From the NCBI GenBank assembly GCA_016748015.1, contig JAAOMT010000594.1, positions 124,001 to 188,000 of the forward strand: DNA of 64,000 nt, written 5' to 3'. The notes under the pieces were generated by a model, which saw nothing but the letters and a program-made list of their open reading frames with translations, ran no database searches and was not told where the DNA came from. Shown one piece after another: positions 13,187 through 24,500 of this stretch; positions within the stretch are counted from its first letter, which is position 1; each line of letters starts with the position of its first letter. Source of the DNA: Geosiphon pyriformis uo1. Lineage: Eukaryota > Fungi > Glomeromycota. A program made the translations under genes and the position numbers.

Positions 13187-15078
13187 TACATTTATTATGA
13201 AAAGTATAACATTTTAGGCGGTAAAAAAAAGTTTGGTGATCAGGATCGCCTGATTGTTTGCATGATTTACATGCTGCGCCCCTTTTTAAAGATCAGTTAG
13301 AGAATACATTCAATGCAAATCGCTTACTGTGAGAGGTGAATATTTCTGTTATTAACGCCTGGGGCAAGCATTATGGATCCTCCCTAGTTAAGCGCAAGCT
13401 CAACTTCGACGATATGGGTACCGATCCTTCTTTGGTCTTTTGAGGTCTGTTTTTTCTTTTAATTCTGCGTGCTCTTCGTGGTGAGAAAAACCTCAAGCGG
13501 TCACATATAGCCCATTTTGTGAAGCGAGGGCACTTTTGTGCTGCCTGAGTTACGAATTGCGTGTTAATTGTTGTTTTCTGGGAATTTTACTGCTTCTTTT
13601 TTCAGTTCATCTAAGATCTTGCAGCATCGTTGGCTGACCGCAGTTCTTTTTTATTCATAGTCACTGTTTTACAGGGATTAACGCAGAAATGCGTATGGAC
13701 TCACTGATTTGTACAAGCTATCAAGATTATAAAGAACAAATACAATTCTGAGCAACCACCGAATGTTTTCATAGGCGGAGCAAGGCAATTTTTCGCTGTC
13801 GCTCTCAATATTTTCGTTCATCAAGTTTGAGCAAACGTTTTAAATTTTCTTGGTGTCAACGTTTTGCTGTATATGAAACTGGATGTGTTCTGCTCCTGAA
13901 ATTCTTGGATAGGATTCATGACGTTCTTGATATCTTTCATTTGATCTTGCGTATAAAGGTGGGGTTAATAGTAAAACTATTTTCGATCACTTATATCCAC
14001 TTGTTTAAATTTCATCCCTTTCACTTTTTCAGGCGCTCTTGTTACAATCGAAGCAAATCCTCGAGGCTTTGATTAGGGAGGCGATACCATTGAGCTCTCT
14101 CAACACCCTACGCGCTCAGTCGGAGTCATGGACCATCACAGACTCGAGGACGTCCAGAATAACTAAAAGGCCAAACCGAAGGATTATAGTCGGAAGTTGT
14201 GTGATGGAGGGTGTGCAAACCGATTTATCCTTTCTGAAAACCAAATGACGAGGAAACGATCTTTTGGATAGCAAAGACTCTTTCAGAAGTCATTACAGTG
14301 TTTCAATGATAGAAGATTATCTGTATGAAGGATGAAAGAAAAATTGTTTGCATGTTTTGACACCAAAAAAAGATTATTAAAATGAGTGGCAAAAATAATA
14401 AAATTTTCAAACGAAAACAAAATTAGAAAAAAAACAAATATTTTATTCATAAAAAAAAGTAAAAAACATGCTGAATTTTAATGCTTAAATATAATTAAAA
14501 AAGTTTAAAAATAATACAAATTACATTATAATTTATATTTAATTACTAAATTTTGAATATATATATTTAAAGTTGTTTATTACATTTAATATTTTCAATA
14601 AAACTTTATTGTTTTTGCTTGTTAAATATTTAAATATAATATATATATAAATTTAAAAATTATAAAGTATTTGATTATTATAAATAATTTTTAAAATTAT
14701 AAATAAATATTTTTACAAATATATGTTATTAAAAAATTTCAAGTATTGAAATACTTTTACAATAATATTTATTTTTAAATTCAAAAAATTCAAAAAATTT
14801 AGTTTGGTTGATTAAAATAGAAAATAGAAAATAATATATAATAATAATTTTAAAAATTAAAAAAAAAATTTCAAGTTTGTTTTGGAGTAAGCGCTCCAAT
14901 TTTTACTTTTATGGGAATGGTAATCAAAATGTAAATCAGACGTAAAAAACTCCCATCATATTCACCAATGAAAAATGAGCAATTTTTTACCCCAGCATAT
15001 CTCAATTGAACCCATCTTTCGAATAGATTTAAAAACTAGTCAGCTTAAAAGAAGCGCTGACATCCATCCATCCACTCC

Positions 15079-16887
15079 ATGACTTCTGTTGCCTCTCGTA
15101 ACCTCTTCGACCTCCTCGACGATGAGGCCGAGGATGTCGATATTATTGTCGAGGACAAGCAAGAAACGAATGAGACAATTGCTGCAAAGCCAAAGGTGGA
15201 TAGGTCTCGTGCTAGCCGCACTGAGGCCAGAATTCGGCATGAATATCCTCAACGCGGAGGCTTTAAAGCTACTATTGGTCCTAATGCTGCTCATTCTACC
15301 AGGACTGATCAGGAGGCAAGATCTGGTATGTTTCTCTCGAGCTCTTTCAGACACAAGTACCGTAGTAAACCAGATTTTTTCAACATTTGACATCACTATC
15401 CGGCAATGCTTTTGAGGGCGTTGATCCAAAAAACGATAACTAAACTTCAATTCATATATCCATTCGTGAGTGAGCTTAAACTGCTTGGATTTAGTTTGAA
15501 TTTATATTTCAAAACCTTATTTGCAACGACACTGGGCCTTTATTCAAAACCTGCCCTCTAACATAAGGTTCCACCGAGGTTAAACTTTATTAAGGCTTTA
15601 CATTGTTTGAACTATCCTGATACTTCAAAAATTTTCGATTTATGAATGAATCTCAGTACCTCGTGATCGTAATGTTGGTCCTCGACTTTCAGTTCGTCGT
15701 GATCGCGGTGAAGAAGGTGGTGCTAATGAATTTCCAGCAAGAACTCCACGTGGTGCACGCGCAGGAGAACGCTCTCGCGGAAGTTTACGAGGAAATCGGC
15801 GTGGACATGAATTTGACCGTCACAGCGGAACCGGTAGGAAGTATGTATCTTGCTTATAATTTTAATTGATAGATGATCCACAAAGAACTTGTTTTTAAAT
15901 CTCAAATTTGATTCTGCAATTTTCGATATATTAAATCTTTATTTTCCACAAATAATTTTTAAAGTGATAGTGAGAAGAAAGAAACTCGAGGCTGGGGGGA
16001 TGCAACTAACTCTTACAATGAAAAAAATGAACCTGAAAATTGGACTAATGAAGAAAATACCGATGGAAATTCGTCGTCTTGGCAAACTGGTGATACTAAT
16101 ACCAGCGCTACTGTCAAGGGTAGCGGAGAAATAGTAGCTGATACGGCAAATGCAACTAGCTGGGGATCGACCGATGAAATTGCTCCCGATGCTGCGGAAC
16201 CCAGCTCTAATTGGAAAACTGATGATCCCTCTGAAGAAGAGCCTGCTAAATGGAATGAGCCCAAAATCGATGAAGAGGCACCAAAAGAATCTGTTACTGC
16301 TGAATCTGTACCTCCAATTAACGAAGAGGAACAACAAAAAACCTTGGAAGAGTACCTTGCCGAAAAAGCACAAAAAGCTCTCAACATTTCTCTTCCTGAA
16401 ATTAGAAAGCCAAACGAAGGCATTGAAAATGAGCAGTGGAAGGATGCAGTTCCACTTCAAAAAGAAGATGACGAAGATTATCTTTTTACCGGAAAGGTAT
16501 TTATATAATTAACTTTTAAATTAAATTTTAAAAATTCATTGTGATTGTTAAGCTGGCACTTTTGATATCTAGGAGCAATCAATTAAACTCAAAGCTAAAA
16601 GATCTTTGAAAGCTAAGACTTTGCTTGATATTGATCAAACTTTTGTCGAGAGACCTGGTGGAGGATTTCAACGTGGCCGTGGGCGTGGTCGTGGTGGCAG
16701 AGGTGGTCGAGGTGGTGGTCGTGATAGCCGTGAAGGAGGAGGTGGTGATCACTTCCGTGAACGACGTGACGAAAGACGTGAAGATAGACGTGAAGGTTGG
16801 AATGCCGATAATCGTCGTGGTGGTGGCGGCCGTAATGCCGTCAATCTCGACGATGTTAGTGATTTTCCAAGTCTTGGGTCTAGTTAA
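15079..16887 (+). CDS. STM1: STM1/SERBP1 (HABP4/PAI-RBP1 family) ribosome-hibernation/RNA-binding protein; exons 15079-15325, 15657-15840, 15965-16496, 16573-16887
   Basis: N-terminal SRNLFDLL, HEFDRHSGTG, GWG, KTLEEYLAE, RKPNEG, RGG box and C-terminal DFPSLG. Confidence 0.9.
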
Positions 16888-17487
16888 AGAAAAAGCTATG
16901 CTGAGAGGGAAGTCTTTCCAAAGAACAATTTATCAATTCCCTAAATTTTCAATGGGACAATTATTTTTCTGCTTTTAAAACTTCTTCGAATAGATAAGGT
17001 CTCAAATGAATTATATTATACTTTGCCTTTCTCATCTGCAACTCGAAAAATATAAATCACAGTAACTGTACTATTCACAATAATACTAAGACAGGAAATA
17101 TATTATCATGATTTTGGTTTACTTTATTTCCTTGATCATTAATTATGCCGAGAAAATTTACTCTTGCCTCCAACCTGTCACTCATCTCCGTTAAAAGCTA
17201 ATACCATGATACGTAAAGAATCATCAGGAACCCAACTTTATGATACCAGGTAATTGATTCCCACGTTGCACAAAAATCTGTTATCATGAAAATCGGCAAC
17301 AGATTTTCTCAATTACCCATTTCTGGTATTCCTGGCATACTAAGTTCCATCACAACATTGTCTTAAACCTCAACATCACAAGTTTTAACACTCAGACTTC
17401 AGCCTTCCAAATTACATCGTAAAAAACACCAAGTGTTATTTCACAAGTCCTTAAGTTTACTTGGGATCTCCTTTGCATCACTCACTG

Positions 17488-20400
17488 ATGCAGCAAAAAC
17501 CTTCTGAAACTGGCAACTGCTTCGAGCCAGGAAACGGCCCACATGCGAAAAAGCCTCTTTTCACAGGAAATATGGCCCCTTCGACGACGTTTTCGTCAGC
17601 TTTGCAAACGCATCTGAAACCGCTGGTCAGCCCTTCGCTTCTACGACCTCGGGCTACTTTAGCTTCAGATCGTGCTTTTGTTAACACTCAGACTACAGCT
17701 CGCAGGAATAGTAATAAAAGGTCGAGAACCGACACTTTCAACAAAGCCGATAGCCCTGTTGGGTAAGCAAGAACTTCCCAATTCCATTGTGAGTGGCCTG
17801 TAGTAAAGCTAACCTATTTAATATGACCAGTTTCTTTTGCTTTCTATGAACCTTTATTTTCAAATTTACCAAAAAGTCTAAAGCTAAACATTTCAACCTT
17901 ATTTATGGCCATCATCGCAGCCGGGATATCCGCGTCCTTATTGACGAATCCATAGTATTGGCCATCATGGAATGTGCTTATTCAGATTCAAATCACCAAG
18001 TTTTGGGATACTTGGGTGGAATTTATAAAACGGATGTTGTGGCGAAGGATGCTATGGTTTGTCATATTACTCAATTTGTCTCATCTCAAAGGTATGTGGT
18101 GAAGATACCAAGAATGAATTAGTTAATATACGCTTAATTGTTCGCTGCAGTAACTAATCAAAGAGAATTTTCTTATAGAGCAATACCTTCGCTGTTAACC
18201 GATATAGTACGCGAAATCGATACAGCTCTATCAGTCGCAGTTCAAACATTCACTGATTTTGGTTGTGAGTTAGTTGGCTGGTATCGAAGGTAGAGTCGAA
18301 GTAAATCTATGGCAGAAGTAAATACTGTTTCAAAGTCTCTGAAGCTTCATTTTATATCATTTTTTGTACAGCCATCCTTCATCAAATTTTATATCAGCTC
18401 CAAATGGTTCTGATATAACGAGGCAAAGAGAATTTCAGTCAAAAGTAAACGATTAAAATTTTGGTGAACTTTGAGTCCTTTTATTATGTTATTCACTTAA
18501 TGAGTAATGGTTTTAGTTTCCAAATAGTACCGGCATAATTATCTCCGTAACTACGGCCTCTCGTCCGATCATTGGATTGAGGACTCGAAACACTAATGAT
18601 GCGATGAACGAAATTTTTGTTTTTCGGACGACATCGTCCCCTAATTCGGGTTCACTTGATAAACTACCTCTGCCGCAGCCTGTTGAGGTTGGAAATCCAA
18701 AAATATGGAAAGGAAAGGGGAAAGAGACCCCAAACTATCACAAAGTGGCTTTCAGTATACAATATAGATTGTACATTTGCCCAAAAGTCATCCAGCAACT
18801 CACTTGTGCTCTTTTGGTATTTGAGACCGTTTATCCACAAAGCTCAAGCTCGCTCACTCGTTCTTATTTTCATTTTGACTTACATCAAAGGATATCTTAA
18901 TATTTTCAACAAAATTAGGCAATTTTACGTGAAACAAAAGAAGCCTATTCTGGGCAAGTAATAGATTGCCAAAATAGAAGGGGGCAAAGGATATTTGTCG
19001 ACTCCGAGTATGAATCTTTCTTAATGAACTTCCTCAAAAAAAGTGTTCTACAGGTGACTAAATATTTGATCAAATCATTTTTGCAAATAAATCCGGTATT
19101 AAAACTAGTGTTCACTTTTTTTCACAGTTTGATAAATCAATAGACCAAGATTTTCGAATCCTTGCCATGGCGAAACACCATACTAAGACACTCATTGCAA
19201 ACCGGTTTAATGAAATTTTAACAGCATGGCAGAAATACAGCCTTGTCGATGAAAATGAAGTCTTTGAGAGACGCCGACGGCTAAAAGACTTGGTAGAAAA
19301 GGTAATTCCCCTTAAATTTTATCATTTGCGCTATTTCAAGGCCTAAAATAATAACTTAAGATCAAATTATAAATATTTAAATGTTTGAAAGTTGCTTGCA
19401 CAGAGTATTGATAAACATGAAATTGATTTCTTCAAACACGAAGTAATTCAATGGGGAAATGAGAATATGTCTCACCAAAATAAGGAATTTCTCCGAAACG
19501 CATATTCTGCACAATATCCAATAAAAATGCTCCCACCATTATTGGAATCTCCTGTTGCATTTATTAATACATCGATTGATTCGATGTCTGAATCTAAAGG
19601 TACTGCAGCCAAGAAGGAATCTCCAACCGCGAAAAATTTCAAAGTCTCTTCCCTACCTTATAAATCCCAAAATAGTTGTACTGAATTAGACAATATTCAA
19701 GTTGAGGGATTAAGAAATTGTGGAAATTCTACTGAATCAATGATGGAATTTGAACCTTTTGACCGGCCAAATACCGATTTAAAGACGATGGCTGAAGATC
19801 AACCATTAATATCAAAGAAGCGTAGGTTAAAAGGTTCTCTTAATGAAAAATATAATATTATTTAAAAGTTCAATTAATCAGGATTTCTTCCGTTTGATCT
19901 CCGCTTTGAAAATGCACAATTTCAATGTGATAGAACCAGTTATCCCAGATCAAGATACTGAAGTCATAGAAGATTCTCCCTCAAAATCTAAAATAAATAA
20001 TTTGAGCACATCCTCCGAGTCTACACCGCTAACGATAATATCAAGCCGCTCATTGAACACCTCACATATTCTCCCACCTCAGCCTGACAACCAACTCCGA
20101 CCATCATCTAGTGCTCATTCATATGTTTCACCTACCATTATAGCCACGGGATACCGATCAATGCTGAATAGTCCCGAAAGCTTGCCGGCCGGCTTGTCCC
20201 CTCCTGTACCTTCCAATGAAAATACTCCAATAAACATGGAAGGTTCGCGGATACATTTACCCAGTATTCAAGGATTGCTCGATTTAACAAGTAGTCCACC
20301 AATAATGCCGCGAACCACCAGCCCCCTTCTGAATGGTGCCATATTAGATCCTTCAACCTCGTCCTCAACATTTCATCACGCATCGTCCTTCACAAATTCC

Positions 20401-20739
20401 TCTTTTGCACCTTATCAAAATAATCAATTTTTTTTAGCTGGGACGTCAACAATTCCTCGACCACCTACCAATATCTCTTCCATTTCTTCACCAATACAAT
20501 CACATATCATTCCAAATAAGTCTCCATCACTTTCACAATCTCATTCTGGTTCCAACTCCTCAACGCGACACTACATCCCGATTGCGCCATCACCAAGTGT
20601 TACATCTACAAATATCTTGGGAATTTTGAAAACTCCTCCCCTCAATGCTACTACTATTTCATCCACAATCAACAATCCCTCTAGTTCTTCAAATAATACA
20701 CTTTTTTATCCTACATCAGATCATGAATATCGATGGTAA
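17488..20739 (+). CDS. JAB1/MPN-domain protein, BRCC36-like, with degenerate JAMM motif and long Ser/Pro-rich tail (5' exon structure uncertain)
   Basis: Spliced exons from about 17877 give VLIDESIVLAIMECAYSDSNHQVLGYLGG, LVGWYR|SHPSSNFISAPNGSDITRQREFQ, STGIIISV and AILRETKEAY...IFVDSEYESFL, then ORFs 19392-19865 and 19843-20739. Confidence 0.7.
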
Positions 20740-21582
20740 TTTTATATATGAAACGGCATCAAATCTAAATCATCTCTTCCTTACACCGACACCATTTTGG
20801 TTTGGCTCCCGTTCCAATTATTTGTAATCCCTTTGTAATATACTCTCTTTGTAATGTTAGAGTTCGTCAAGAGATCCTTCATTTGCAAATGCAGGCAAGA
20901 TGCAAATATTTTAGCTTAAATTTGAGCTACTAATCCAACCTGATAAAATAGTCTATCGTTTGTAATTTATCTTTTGAAATATGAAAAAAGCGATTTATAA
21001 TAAGCGTCTCATATTTCTTTTATCGTCCAACATTTGAATTGAAAAATAAAATCACCTGCTCACCATAGCAAATATCGGTGTTTCACCCATTAGAAATTCC
21101 GATTTTAAATAAAATTCCAGGATTGTTTTTTATTTTTTTTCCTTTGTTAAAAAAAAAAGGCTTAACTTTATAGTTAATATAAAAAATTATAGAAATTATC
21201 AACATTTTTTTTATTGCTTTAAAAAATAGCAAAAAACAAATAATATTACTATAAATAATATAATAACAAAAATTTTAAAAATACCAAAAAAATTCTAAAA
21301 AAACAAAAATTCTAAAAATATTAAAAATATTAAAAGTAACTGCAAAATAATTAAAAAATAGTTAAAATACTAAAATATCTATATTATTAAAAATAAATAA
21401 ATATATAAATAGTATTAATTAAAAAAAATTAAAAATTAAAAAAAACTATTTTTAAATTAACAATTATTTTAAAAATAAATATTATTGTTAAAACATATAA
21501 ATTTAAATTATTGTTATTACTTATTCTACTATTAACTAAATTACAGTAATAAATATTAAAAAAATAATTAAGAGATAAATAT

Positions 21583-24500
21583 TATTACTGAAAATTTTTG
21601 GGTCTTTTTTTTTGAATATTATAGATATTGTTTTTCTATTAATTTATAATTACTAAAAGTGATTGAATCTCTGATAACTGAATTTATCTTCAAATTATTT
21701 CTTATAATTTGAATTACTAAGTTTATGAATGAAATGGCCAATTCTGTACCAATTACTTATATAGTTATTTTATAGTAAAAGTTAATTTTTTTTAAGAAAT
21801 ACTTATCTAAAAGCTTATAAAAATATGTAGTTACTTTATTATAAAAGTCAACTTTTTTACAGAAATTTTGTCTATAAACTATTTTAATATATATAATAAT
21901 AAAAAAGAGAAAAACAAAAGAAATATAAACAAAAAAAAATTTTATTAAGGAAATTGTCTTTTGTTCAAACTTAAAATTACTAATAATTTACTAAAATTAA
22001 TAGCTAATTAATTTCAAAATATTAGTTAAAATTTGGGAAATTTCAAGTAAAATACTTATAAATTTTGTTGTTTTCAATATAGTTTTTAAGAAATAATTTG
22101 TATAGATACTAAAAAAGATATTTTTAGTGAAAATTATTTTAATTAAAATTGCAATTAAAATAAAATAAAAAAACTTCTTTCTCTTCTTCATCCAAAATTC
22201 CCAAAAAAGAGTCAAAAGTTTTTTCGAAAGAAGTTTTTTTACCATTCAGTATGATAAATCAAAACCATTTTTCGATTACAAGGCCACTGTTGGCTCTGTT
22301 ATTGCTGTTATGAAGAAGGCTGTCAAAGTTTCTGGTTCTGAGGATGGTTTTAAGACGGTTGTATCGAGGAAGAAGAGAAAAGGTGATGTATTGGCAGAGA
22401 GTGTTGATAATAAAGAGGTTGCTAATAAAGCTCTTGGTAGTCATTTATGGGGTTCTGAGGTGGGTGACACTACTGAATCTGAGAGTATTGACATGGAGGA
22501 GGAGTGCTTGGTTGAGGAAACCAGTGTTGACTATGATGAGAATGGTGCTTTCACAGGAGGGGATCCTAATCAAATGCCTAAAAGTTTGTGTGTAAAGACC
22601 AAGAAAGTGTTAGAGAAGCCTCTGGGTGTGATTGATTATGGTACTGTCAATGCAGAAGATGACATGTTAGACAGTTTCTTCCTTCTTCCACCCCCTTTAC
22701 CTATCAAACTGTTCATTCAAGTGTCTGTTCGCAAATCCTTTGCTTTGGATATTGATCTTGTGGCTGTTGCTGGGAAATCATCTCAGGAGAAATTGAACTT
22801 TGTCAAAAAAAATTTTTCAGATGTGAATGGTTTTGGGGGGGCCTTTACTCCCTCAAAATTTGGTGGAATCATCCGGGCATCTTTTACTTCCAAAAAAGTG
22901 ATGATGATGGCTGCTCAATTGGCAAATGATTATGGTGTTATAGTAAACACTGATCTTAAGCACCTCATCAACAATCGTATGAATTGGGCAATTGTGTTAA
23001 AAGAAATTCCTGTGGAAACTTCCATCGAGGCAGTGCGTGCAGCCATTTTTGAATTTGGGCTTATTAAGTCGATCAAAATGCAGTTGGTGGGTCTATGGCA
23101 AAAGGCAATCATTAAATTGGAGGATCAAATTCAGGCTGATCTCTTGGCAGCTAAGTGGTTCATCCTTATTGAAAAAGATGCAATGCATGTGGCCTGGGCC
23201 GATGTTGACAAACAGACATGGGATGCCAGAGATAAGTTTAGGGCTTTGCTTTACACTCTCCCTATGGACACCACCAGTCATGATCTTTGGGACTTTATTG
23301 GTTCAGTTGGTGGGAAAACATGTGTTATTGAATGCAGTTTTGTCAGTTATGTCTGAGCACGCTGTGCCACTGTGTGCTTTGATTCTAAGGGTAGCCTTAT
23401 TCAGACAATGGCAAACACTCCTGTTATAAAAGGCGTTGGTCTCCAATGGTCTCATTTAACCGCTGCACTGTGCTCAATTTGCAGAAATTTCAGTCATACT
23501 TCTCTTGCTTGTCATACTGCTAGTGTGTCCTTAAAACCTAGGAGCAAGAGAGTTCTTTTCTCAGCTCAGGATCAGCTCCATCTGGCTAAGATATATGAAA
23601 AAAAATCTGCCTCTGTTTTCTGTCCTTTGGCTTTCAGTGGAAAAACTTGGGCCTCTGTGGTTGATAAACCACTCCCGTTAGTGTCATTTAATGGTTCAGC
23701 TCAATCTGGTTCCGTATCTTATGGTAAACCTCTCCCAACTGTTAGTGGTGAATTGGAAGACCATTTGAAGAATATTGAGAGCAGTCTTGTCAGCCTTGCA
23801 GGACAAATTGGTGAGTTGGCTAAAAGGTTAGACTTATTCATGCCGGCAGTTTCCCAGTCTAGCCCTGGATGTCAGCTGCCAGTGACCCTCCTATCGCAGA
23901 ATCAAAGGGAAGATATAGTGATGGGAGTGGGTTCAAGTGATGCCACTAGTGACAAGACTGCTGCCATTCTTGGTTCAACTGTCTCACCTGAGGTTGTGAA
24001 ATTGGAAAACATGTTGGAAAGTCTCTCTGCTTCAGTTATGAGCCTATCGGCATGCTTGAATGGTTTGGCTTTGGCTGGTAGTGCTTTTCCTTTATCTTAT
24101 TTTCAATGAGTAGTCTGGTATGGAAAATTGCTATGTGTAATGTTTGTGGGTTGAACAATCCTGCGAAGCAAGATGATGTCATTCATTGGCACAGAAATAT
24201 AAACAATTTGGTTTCAATTGTTATTGAGACAAAGTTAAAAGATAGAGTTCGGCCTTAGATTGCTAATAAATTTGATGGTGTTCGGGTCTTCATTTCTGGT
24301 TTGGATTCTGGTTACTTTGGTTCTGATGTGACAATCATTATGAACAACACTCTGGTGAAACATGTATATAAAGTTGTTGAGGTTCCTGGACGACTTTTGT
24401 CTGTCAAGTTGCTCTTTAGAAATAAGCTCTCGGTGTCAATTCTGGGTTTGTATGTGGGTGCTTCAGTGTCTGCGCACTTCTCACAAGTGGATGAGATAAA

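Noticed and set aside
13313-13390. MQIAYCER-TGA resembling a CxxU selenoprotein (SelW/SelH)
   Set aside because: A TAG follows 16 codons later, there is no convincing Rdx-fold continuation or SECIS, and the site is equally a splice donor (AG/GTGAAT).
13290-14340. Telomerase RNA, RNase P/MRP, SRP, snRNA or TPP riboswitch
   Set aside because: No 1.5-repeat CUAACCCUA template and no recognisable conserved boxes by eye.
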